From positions 1 through 45,995 of IMG/VR virus record IMGVR_UViG_3300048995_000005: a stretch of 45,995 nucleotides of DNA; one strand, written 5' to 3'. The notes below the pieces were generated by a model. That model searched no databases, was not told where the DNA came from, and worked only from the letters and a program-made list of their open reading frames with translations. The position numbers and the translations under genes were made by a program. Positions 35,460 through 42,823 of the stretch are shown here, one piece after another; position 1 is the stretch's first letter; the number at the start of each line of letters is the position of its first letter. The stretch is from a virus. Lineage: Duplodnaviria > Caudoviricetes.

Positions 35460-36310
35460 CAGCTAAGCTCGACCCAGCGAAGCTCGACCGGAAGGAAGAA
35501 CGCCTCCCGGTCTGCGTGCGGACTTCAGTCCGCAGCGGACGCCCCCTCGGGGCGTCAGAGCAGCTCAGGGCCCCTCCGGGGGCCCTTTCGCATGAGCGGC
35601 GCCGGCCGCCACCAAGGCGGCCTGATAAGCGCCGCAGCGGGGCCCTGAAGGGCCCAGCCGAGCCGCCCTCAGCGGCTCCGCACTGGGGGGTTGCGCACGA
35701 GTCCCTGGGCGGAGACCAGGACTCGGGGGCAGCGTCGGGTTTAACACCGGGGGGTCAAACCCGGTGGAAAGCCGCAGGTCAGACACGCTGAGGCCCCAGA
35801 CAGGGCCTCCGCTGCCCCCGAGTGAGCGAGGGGGACCACCGCCCCGCATCGTCAGATGCGGTGCTGCCCCCTCATGCATGGATGGATGAGCTCGGCCACG
35901 AGCTCATAGCTCAAGAGCACGCACCACCACACCAGTGGTGGTGAGCACAGCGGTGCACCACACCAGTGGTGCACACCATGAGTGAGCGTGCTGACGCACG
36001 CTCACAGCTGTGCATGCGTGCTGACGCACGCTCATGCATGCGTGCGGGTGCAGGGCTTGGCCCAGCACCACTCGCCCGCTCTCCACCGCCAGCCCCTCCG
36101 GGGCGTACGGCGGAAGGGGGGAGCTGTGGCCTGAAGGCCACCGCGGCGCGCCTTCGGCGCGCAGCTGTGCTCTCACAGCTTGATCATCTTCTAGGTGCCG
36201 GCCCCTGCCGGCGAATCCATGATCATCTTCCCTTTGCGCGCGTCTCGTCACGCGTGGCATGTGCCATGTACACGTGCTGTGACGTGCATATATGCACGCA
36301 CCTCTGAGTC
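35460..36310. repeat. Non-coding array of short hairpins and tandem duplications
   Basis: Well over a dozen consecutive inverted repeats; no ORF with phage codon bias. Confidence 0.75.
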
Positions 36311-36481
36311 TCCTCTGAGCCGTCTTCACGTCCTCTTCGCATCCGAAAGAGACGTCTTCCGGTACTCAGATGAGAGTCATTTGAGGATTCATCGAACCGA
36401 TCATGAGCGGTAAGGCAACCCTCATTCATGCAGGTCAGAGTGCATCCTAAAAGAATCATGAAAGAAACCCGAACTGCCCTC

Positions 36482-36511
36482 TTGACTCACATGTGAGTAG
36501 AGGCGCAGTCT
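36482..36511 (+). promoter_or_regulatory. Putative major early promoter with an overlapping palindromic operator
   Basis: TTGACT-N18-CAGTCT, A-rich upstream tract, palindrome ACTCACATGTGAGT at 36485-36498. Confidence 0.6.
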
Positions 36512-36931
36512 GGCACTCCCACCGGGGGACGACGCGAAAGCGGAGGAACCGGGAGGAACCCTGGAGCATCAACCACCCAGACTTCACCGGGTGTTCGAGA
36601 GCTTCGAACAGACGAAGAGCATGGCCCCGTTGGAACCGCAGCCGCGGATCAATTCACGGGCAGGACGCCAGGACATGGCGCAGGGAAATGACCGAGGGGA
36701 TCTCGGTACCACCCCCTGTGGGCACAGGTGGCGTTCCGTCAAGACGATGACGGGCCGTATAGCCCGTCACTCGTCATGCGGGCAGGGAACGCCTCCAGCC
36801 GTACAGGCAATGTCTGGGGCAACCCACACCGGAGTACCGGTTGTACGGCGCTTACCGGGGCGCCCCTGCCCGCTTGATGAGTTGAGATGATCAACTGCAA
36901 GGCTGGCATTTCCTGGAGAGGGGAAATGATC

Positions 36932-37051
36932 ATGAGGTACGAGATCTTCTACGGGCAGCTGTTGACCCGTATCGACCAGTTCCACGCCGACGGCCGCTGG
37001 GCCGCCACGGTCTACGTTCACCGCGCCGAGTACCGCACGTGGGAGGCGTGA
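36932..37051 (+). CDS. Small early protein (MRYEIFYGQ...)
   Basis: GGAGAGG RBS; coding bias. Confidence 0.6.
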   Translation: MRYEIFYGQLLTRIDQFHADGRWAATVYVHRAEYRTWEA

Positions 37052-37053
37052 TC

Positions 37054-37566
37054 ATGAGTGAAGAGGTTGAGCTGAGCGTGGGAGACCGCGTCTGTCACGC
37101 TGACGTCAAGGACGTCGCTGGGACCATCGTGCGCTTCCAGGCGTACCCCATGGTCACGGTCCAGTGGGACTCCACTGGACGGGAGTCCAGCGAGAACATG
37201 CATCTGCTGGTTCCGGCGGTCGAGTACCGCGAGGGCCCCCACGGCTCCGTGAGGCTCTTCGTTGCGGGTGAGGAGTACGGCTTCTTTGGGGTAGAGCTCT
37301 CCGCGAGGGCCGCTGGCGAGTGGTGGGCCCGTCACTTCGCGGCGGGTGGACACCCGCTCACCGAAGAGGAGAGGCAGTCCTCCCGCCGCGACACGTACGT
37401 GATGGAGCACCACATCACGTACCGCGAGCATCTCGGGGGCCCCGGCTACACGCCGGACACGTGGGAGATCTTCCAGGATGGCGCCCGTGTGGGGCTCTAT
37501 CAGACCCTGGAGGGCGCTCAGCACCGCATCGAACGACTCAAGGAGCAGGGAAACCGCTCTGACTGA
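37054..37566 (+). CDS. Early hypothetical protein
   Basis: GGAGG RBS; SH3-like N-terminus. Confidence 0.7.
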   Translation: MSEEVELSVGDRVCHADVKDVAGTIVRFQAYPMVTVQWDSTGRESSENMHLLVPAVEYREGPHGSVRLFVAGEEYGFFGVELSARAAGEWWARHFAAGGHPLTEEERQSSRRDTYVMEHHITYREHLGGPGYTPDTWEIFQDGARVGLYQTLEGAQHRIERLKEQGNRSD

Positions 37567-37682
37567 CCCTGTAAGAGCCATCGGGCGTACGGACTTGAGC
37601 CGTACGCCCTTTTGGTTCCGCAGGAACCACCCCTGGAAGTGATGAGCCAGGGGCCACATGATCAATGGAGAGGTTGATCATG
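37564..37682 (+). promoter_or_regulatory. Structured early leader module, copy A
   Basis: Long hairpin, then TGATGA-loop hairpin, then SD-in-loop hairpin. Confidence 0.8.
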
Positions 37683-38093
37683 AACATCAGCGAGCGTCGC
37701 GAATACGCGACAGGCATTCAGGCCTCACAGGCGTACACCACGTACGAGCGTGAGATCAACGGCACGCTGTATCGCCTCGTGTCTCACGAGGACATGTACA
37801 CGGGCAAGCGGCTCGGCATCTCCGTCAGCCGCATGACGGGCCCGGACAAGGCCGTGAAGATTCACAACTTCGGCCGCCCCGTGACCCGGTGGGGCACTCC
37901 TGAGCCGCAGAGCGGCTACACCCCCTGCGCGTGCCGTGACTGCATGGACACCACGGTGTCCAGCGACATGAGCAAGCCGGAGCTGTGCTCGGAGTGCAAG
38001 GACGCGGGATGCACGGCCATCGCGCCGTACAACGCGGGCGTCCAGTTCTGCACCACGTACGAGTGCCAGCGCGACGACGCGTACGGCGCCTGA
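37680..38093 (+). CDS. Early Cys-rich hypothetical protein
   Basis: RBS; CACRDC..CSEC..C. Confidence 0.7.
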   Translation: MNISERREYATGIQASQAYTTYEREINGTLYRLVSHEDMYTGKRLGISVSRMTGPDKAVKIHNFGRPVTRWGTPEPQSGYTPCACRDCMDTTVSSDMSKPELCSECKDAGCTAIAPYNAGVQFCTTYECQRDDAYGA

Positions 38094-38095
38094 CC

Positions 38096-38239
38096 ATGGA
38101 CCAGCAACGCGAGGACATGATCATTGCCCGTGCTGCCGATTTGTATCGGCAGTGGGAGGCGCGTCCCTGGCACGCAAAGCTCAGGGGCCGCATGCGCGCC
38201 GCATGGCAGCGGTTCCGTATCGCCCGGAAGGGGTGGTGA
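38096..38239 (+). CDS. Small early protein
   Basis: Fills the gap; GTGA coupling. Confidence 0.5.
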   Translation: MDQQREDMIIARAADLYRQWEARPWHAKLRGRMRAAWQRFRIARKGW

Positions 38240-38418
38240 GCGTGAAGGCCAAGTTCGTACGGCTGTACACAACGGGCTCTGGAGTTCAGTTCATGGTGTT
38301 CGAGGGTCCCGAAGGGCGTCGTATCGACGTCAAGACCCGGGCAGATCGACACTCCGTCCCTCTGCTCACTCGCGCCGAGGCCAAGCAGGAGGCGATTCGA
38401 CGCCTCACCGCTGCCTGA
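38236..38418 (+). CDS. Small early protein
   Basis: Coupled start; ends at the next leader. Confidence 0.6.
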   Translation: MSVKAKFVRLYTTGSGVQFMVFEGPEGRRIDVKTRADRHSVPLLTRAEAKQEAIRRLTAA

Positions 38419-38540
38419 TCATCCGCCGCAGCATCGGGTCCGCACTCACGGGTGCGGGCCCCCTTGCTCTTACGGATGAGAGCACGCACGGGAAGTGATG
38501 AGCCCGCGCGCCGCATGGTTGATGGAGAGGTCACACCATG
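38416..38540 (+). promoter_or_regulatory. Structured early leader module, copy B
   Basis: Same fold as copy A with diverged, compensatory sequence. Confidence 0.75.
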
Positions 38541-38924
38541 ACGTACGAGATTGAGATCATCAAGCGCGTCGTCACGTACTACGGCAGCGACGGGGCATGG
38601 CTCGATGGCTCGCATGTCGAGCTGGAGACGCCGGACACCGAGACCCTGGAGTACGACGCCGCGGAGGACGCGGAGGAGCACGGTTCGCCCATCGGGTGGG
38701 CCGTCGACATGCTGGACCGTACGGACGTCGTAGAGGCCAGCATGTGGCCCATCACGGACCAGGTCCAGGAACACAACTGGTTGCACGGCACGTACGCCGA
38801 CCCGTACCAGGGCCCCGGGCGTCACGACACGGAGACGACCGCGCGCTTGATCGGCGACTGGACCCCCGAGGAGCGCGCTCAGGTGTTCCGCGCTGCCGTC
38901 CGCACTGACCAGCATGGGGTGTGA
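38538..38924 (+). CDS. Acidic early protein
   Basis: RBS; coding bias. Confidence 0.75.
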   Translation: MTYEIEIIKRVVTYYGSDGAWLDGSHVELETPDTETLEYDAAEDAEEHGSPIGWAVDMLDRTDVVEASMWPITDQVQEHNWLHGTYADPYQGPGRHDTETTARLIGDWTPEERAQVFRAAVRTDQHGV

Positions 38925-38926
38925 TC

Positions 38927-39208
38927 ATGGCCCTGACGCTCGCCAAGATCTACGCACCCGGTACCCGGGTGACGCTCGATGACCCGGACTACGGCACGTG
39001 GCACGGCCGTGTGGTGGTGTGCCTCTGCAAGCGGCACGTCTGGCAACAGCAGGTCGGGGAGGGTGGTCCCGGCCGCGAATGCGGGCACGCACGGTGCGGT
39101 TACCCCAGGGCCGCGGAAGCCTGCCCGTGGCCCATGCACGTTGTCTGGGACAACGAGAACGAGTCGCACCAGGGCATGGACGGCATGACCGCCGTGACGA
39201 CGCCGTGA
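38927..39208 (+). CDS. Early hypothetical protein
   Basis: Coding bias; Cys/His residues. Confidence 0.6.
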   Translation: MALTLAKIYAPGTRVTLDDPDYGTWHGRVVVCLCKRHVWQQQVGEGGPGRECGHARCGYPRAAEACPWPMHVVWDNENESHQGMDGMTAVTTP

Positions 39209-39297
39209 GCGCCGTTGTGACGGTCTTCTGGGACGTCGTGGCAGTGCTGGCCATGGCCGGTGTCGCGCAGCTTCTATGCGGCCACCACAGGACGCAC

Positions 39298-39417
39298 TGA
39301 CCCTGTAAGAGCCATCGGGCGCCCGTCTCGTACGGGCGCCCTCTTGGTTCCGCAGGAACCACACCGGTGGCCTGATGAACCACCGGCGCATTGCTGCATG
39401 GAGAGGTGCAGATCATG
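39298..39417 (+). promoter_or_regulatory. Structured early leader module, copy C
   Basis: Shares ACTGACCCTGTAAGAGCCATCGGGCG and TTGGTTCCGCAGGAACCAC with copy A. Confidence 0.8.
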
Positions 39418-39624
39418 AGCGTGACCCTGAACAAGACCCGTGCCGGCATCCGGCACTCCGACGGAACGCGGGACCGGCGCTACACGGTCGCGCTGGAGTA
39501 CTGCGGGTACGAGACCCCCCGCCTGGTCGCCCGCTTCTGCGGGCACTGGATTTCGTCTCACAAGACCGAGTCCGCGGCATGGGCCGCAGCCCAGCGCCAC
39601 ATGGCGCGGCGGTGGTCGGCATGA
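39415..39624 (+). CDS. Early hypothetical protein
   Basis: RBS; YTVALEYCG..VARFCG.WI. Confidence 0.7.
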   Translation: MSVTLNKTRAGIRHSDGTRDRRYTVALEYCGYETPRLVARFCGHWISSHKTESAAWAAAQRHMARRWSA

Positions 39625-39947
39625 CCAAACGTCAGCAAGCCCGGGAGGCCTGGGAGACCGCGCAGCAGCGCGCTACGGCCGCGTTCACGTGGCCCATGGA
39701 GGAACCCCGGCCCGACCCGTCCAAGGACCCTCAGTACCCGTACTACGCCAGCGAGGAGCGCTACCAGCTGACGCTTGCGGACGAGGCGAGCTCGTACGTC
39801 GTGGCGAAGTGGGCTGAGAGGCGAGACGACTTCAACCCGGACACGGACGCGCGGCTGTACGTCCTCAAGGGCGTACCGGAGGACTCCGGAGAGGGTGCGA
39901 TCTACACACCCGAGTACCTCAAGCGACGCTCCGCCGGCGAAGCCTGA
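39621..39947 (+). CDS. Early hypothetical protein
   Basis: ATGA overlap. Confidence 0.7.
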   Translation: MTKRQQAREAWETAQQRATAAFTWPMEEPRPDPSKDPQYPYYASEERYQLTLADEASSYVVAKWAERRDDFNPDTDARLYVLKGVPEDSGEGAIYTPEYLKRRSAGEA

Positions 39948-40130
39948 CCCCACAGACCCGGCGCTATCCCCCCGGCGCCGATGAGAGACCCCTGCCCCCC
40001 TCCCCTTGGGCAGGGGTCTCGCCCCACCAAGTCCGTGCGTTCGCATGTCCACGCGTCTGCCACCTCTCCGGTGGACGCGTGGATTTGGGTCCGCACGGGC
40101 CAACACGCCATGACCTACGGAGAGGTAGCA

Positions 40131-40460
40131 ATGGCCAACACCGAAGGGCTCCAGAAGACGCTGGAGCACATCAAGGAGCACCCGGGCGAGTGGAACCAAG
40201 GGAGTTGGTCCACGTGCTTCGCGGGGGCCTCCCTGCGGGTCCTCAAGGGCGCCGTCGTCGTCGAGTCCACATGCTGCCGACTTTGCGACGACCTGGAGAT
40301 TGATGGCTCCCCCATACAGGGCAACGGCATCGCGACCCTCGCCCAGGAAGCCCTGGGGCTGACGGATGAGCAGCGGAGCGTGCTCTTCAACGGAAACAAC
40401 GACCTGGAGCGCATCACGGCCCTGGTCGCGGAGTTCACCGCGGAGCAGGTGCCCGCATGA
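40131..40460 (+). CDS. Early hypothetical protein
   Basis: RBS; HPGEWNQGSW..CFAG..A..ALGL..LF. Confidence 0.75.
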   Translation: MANTEGLQKTLEHIKEHPGEWNQGSWSTCFAGASLRVLKGAVVVESTCCRLCDDLEIDGSPIQGNGIATLAQEALGLTDEQRSVLFNGNNDLERITALVAEFTAEQVPA

Positions 40461-40864
40461 TCGAGCTGACCATGGAGCGGACCAAGGAGCTCTTGGCCGA
40501 AGCCGTCGCGGAACGCGGCGCGGACTACGTCTACACCACGCCGAACGGCACTGTCGTTACGCCGGAGAGTGGCCTCAGGTGCCTCTACGTCCACCGCAAC
40601 AACGCGGAGGGTGAGTTGCCCGAGCCCGTAGCGGGCTGCATCGCGGGCCTTGTGCTGCACAAGGCGGGGGTCTCCCTGGAAGCCCTCAGGGGCCACGAGG
40701 ACCAGCCCGCAGACGACGTTCTGGAGCGCCTGGAGACCAACGAGGTAGCGCGCGGCGATGCGGCCGTACGAACGCTCCTGCGCAACGTCCAGCGGCGCCA
40801 GGACGACGGGCAGCCCTGGGGCCAGGCCGTGGCCAATTCGCTGGCCGGGGAGGCCAAGGCATGA
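40457..40864 (+). CDS. Early hypothetical protein
   Basis: ATGA overlap; GADYVY..CLY..GCIAG..QD.GQPWG. Confidence 0.75.
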   Translation: MIELTMERTKELLAEAVAERGADYVYTTPNGTVVTPESGLRCLYVHRNNAEGELPEPVAGCIAGLVLHKAGVSLEALRGHEDQPADDVLERLETNEVARGDAAVRTLLRNVQRRQDDGQPWGQAVANSLAGEAKA

Positions 40865-41199
40865 ACGAGATCGACTACGCGGCACGCGTCGCCAAGGGCG
40901 TGGCCCTGCTGGACGAGAAGAAGCCCGGCTGGGAGCGCCAGATCGACCTGGACACGCTCAGCATCTCCTCGCCCGAGAGGTGCGTTACGGCGCAGCTCAG
41001 CGGCGTACGGGACTTCAAGGCAGGCCAGCACCAGCTGGAGCTGGACGACGCTTCATATGTCGCCCACGGCTTCAACGCCGATGCCGAGTGCTCGTGCTGC
41101 GCCCCTCCAGACCTGCCCGAGGGCTACGACCAGGACGAGGCCTACGCCAAGCTCAACGCCCTGTGGCGTGAGGTGATCACGGGCCGGCTGGCGGCCTGA
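40861..41199 (+). CDS. Early hypothetical protein
   Basis: ATGA overlap; GVALLDEKKPGW. Confidence 0.75.
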   Translation: MNEIDYAARVAKGVALLDEKKPGWERQIDLDTLSISSPERCVTAQLSGVRDFKAGQHQLELDDASYVAHGFNADAECSCCAPPDLPEGYDQDEAYAKLNALWREVITGRLAA

Positions 41200-41264
41200 C
41201 CCATCAAGCGACCCCTGCCCGGCGGTGTGGCGAAGCCCGCCGGGTGGGGGTTCATGGAGTCGCA

Positions 41265-41393
41265 ATGCGTCAACAGCGCGTGACCAAGCCCAAGCGAGTG
41301 GCAGACAAGCGCCGTTCTGCGCGGGAGGATGAACCGCAGGGAGAGAAGAAAGAGATCCGCAAGGATCTACGGCACTGGTTCGAGGAGAGGTGA
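41265..41393 (+). CDS. 42-aa basic peptide (MRQQRVTKPKRVADKRRSARE...)
   Basis: GGAG RBS; its stop overlaps the GTG of the next gene. Confidence 0.55.
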   Translation: MRQQRVTKPKRVADKRRSAREDEPQGEKKEIRKDLRHWFEER

Positions 41394-42196
41394 GCCATGT
41401 CATGCAGACTGCCGAGGAACTGATCAGGCAGTTAAGGGCCCCCGACCAGCGGGGGATGGGTCGTATCGAAGCGAGCGACAGCGGCCCCAGCAACATCAAC
41501 AGGCTGGCCGATCTTGACGCCACGGCCAGTCACATCCGCGTCTGGGACAGCACGGTCATCCCCGGCAACCTCCAGACGCCGGAGTACTCCGATGCGGTGA
41601 TCCGCGCAGCGCACCCGCGACTGCCGGCCATGGAGGTCCGGCGCCGCGTCATCCGCAAGGAGCAGCGGGCCAAGGCGTTCCTGCGGCGCACGTTTGACGA
41701 AGCCCTCACGCACGCATGGTTCGTCATCGGGGAACGCGCGGTCACTCAGTGCATGCATCTCGATGACGAAGGCAGCGTGCACACCAGTCAGCTCTGGCAT
41801 CTGTCGCGTCTCGCAGCGCACGGGAAGATCATCGTTCAGGTGCTGCCGGAGGACGTGGTCACGCCGGGCCTGGCCGATCAGTTCAGCCTGTACACCCTGG
41901 ACGCGGACCACCGTGTTGGTTACGTTGAGACGATCATGGGCTCGTGGTACTCCACGCGTCTTGAGGACGTGGCCAAGCTCCATTCCACCTTCACGGAGAT
42001 CGGGAGTCAGGCCATGTCCCCCTCAGCCACGCGGGCGTTCATCCGAGAGGTGCTTGGCACATGGCGATCCACAAAGAGGCAATCACCCGAACCCACCGAG
42101 GAGAACGGTTCCTCTTCTCCTCCTTCTCCCGGGCGGGAGACGAGTGCATCGGAGTCGCAGGAGCGACCGCGGGCGCCCTGGCGCTCGGAACCGTAG
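41390..42196 (+). CDS. DUF5753 (Scr1/WhiJ-type C-terminal domain) protein lacking the XRE HTH
   Basis: IPGNLQTPEY..VRRRV..R..FVIGE..QL.HL..IVQVLP..YVE..AMSP..TRAFI. Confidence 0.85.
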   Translation: MSHVMQTAEELIRQLRAPDQRGMGRIEASDSGPSNINRLADLDATASHIRVWDSTVIPGNLQTPEYSDAVIRAAHPRLPAMEVRRRVIRKEQRAKAFLRRTFDEALTHAWFVIGERAVTQCMHLDDEGSVHTSQLWHLSRLAAHGKIIVQVLPEDVVTPGLADQFSLYTLDADHRVGYVETIMGSWYSTRLEDVAKLHSTFTEIGSQAMSPSATRAFIREVLGTWRSTKRQSPEPTEENGSSSPPSPGRETSASESQERPRAPWRSEP

Positions 42197-42288
42197 CCAT
42201 ACTCGACTCCAAGGACCCTGACGGTCCCGTCCTGGAGGTCTCAGGAAGCGCCTGGAGCGCCTTCTACGCCTCCGTCAAGGCTCTCTGA
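42061..42288 (+). CDS. DUF397 (BldB/Scr2-like) protein
   Basis: SSFS..ECIGVA..VAILDSKDPDGPVL..AWSAF. Confidence 0.85.
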   Translation: MAIHKEAITRTHRGERFLFSSFSRAGDECIGVAGATAGALALGTVAILDSKDPDGPVLEVSGSAWSAFYASVKAL

Positions 42289-42300
42289 GCCTTCCCTTAC

Positions 42301-42335
42301 CGAAGCCCCCCGCGACTGCCTCTCGGGGGGCTTCG
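42301..42335 (+). terminator. Stem-loop after DUF397
   Basis: CGAAGCCCCCCG...CGGGGGGCTTCG. Confidence 0.55.
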
Positions 42336-42435
42336 TCATACCCGCCCTTGTGGGGCGTTGCGGGCGTCGATCCCTGTTCCCTCAGGGTCCGCGCGGCCGG
42401 TCTGGCACCACCGGTGACGCATAACGGTGCCTCAA

Positions 42436-42523
42436 GGGCTGGGCCCCGGGTCGCTCCCGGGGCGCCTGGGGATAGGGGGAGATGCACATCAAACCCGAGC
42501 AGGTTCGATTCCTGCCCAGCCCA
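42436..42523 (+). ncRNA. tRNA-like RNA 1 (acceptor stem and T-arm, non-canonical D/anticodon region)
   Basis: GGGCTGG/CCAGCCC-A; GCAGG-TTCGATT-CCTGC. Confidence 0.65.
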
Positions 42524-42544
42524 CGCGCCCGGTAGCTCCGGGCA

Positions 42545-42614
42545 GGGAGGCCGTGACGACGGCACGGTAAAGCACCCGGTGAGGGTGCGAGCGGGTTCGA
42601 ATCCCGCACTCCCA
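42545..42614 (+). ncRNA. tRNA-like RNA 2
   Basis: GGGAG/CTCCC-A; GCGGG-TTCGAAT-CCCGC; two internal hairpins. Confidence 0.6.
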
Positions 42615-42823
42615 CGGGTTCCATGAGAGACGTCATGCCGGCATTCGCGCGCCTTGGGCGTGGCTACCCGGCGACGGGAACAGGACCCGGTGAGTTTCGC
42701 TCCAACCGCATCTCAGGAGGAGCCGTAAGGGTCTGGCCAGCCTGAACCGAAACCAAATGGCCACCGCCCCGCCGGCCCGATGACCGGCGGGGCTTCCCAT
42801 GCCCCGAGGAGAGGAGCACGGCA

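Noticed and set aside
35900-36050. CRISPR-like repeats
   Set aside because: Only two copies of each unit, spacers too short, and no cas operon; the Cas4-like gene is an ordinary phage nuclease
39371-39417. CTGATGA as a hammerhead ribozyme core
   Set aside because: No downstream GAAA or three-stem junction; the motif sits in a simple hairpin loop
41329-41517. MNRRERRKR ORF as a lambda N-like antiterminator
   Set aside because: The SD abuts the ATG and the ORF overlaps two better-supported genes; probably a shadow frame
42385-42432. HDV-like/theta ribozyme next to the tRNA-like elements
   Set aside because: Could not build the nested double pseudoknot by eye; the spacing is too short
42436-42614. 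Canonical tRNA genes
   Set aside because: No recognisable D-arm or 7-nt anticodon loop, so no anticodon can be assigned
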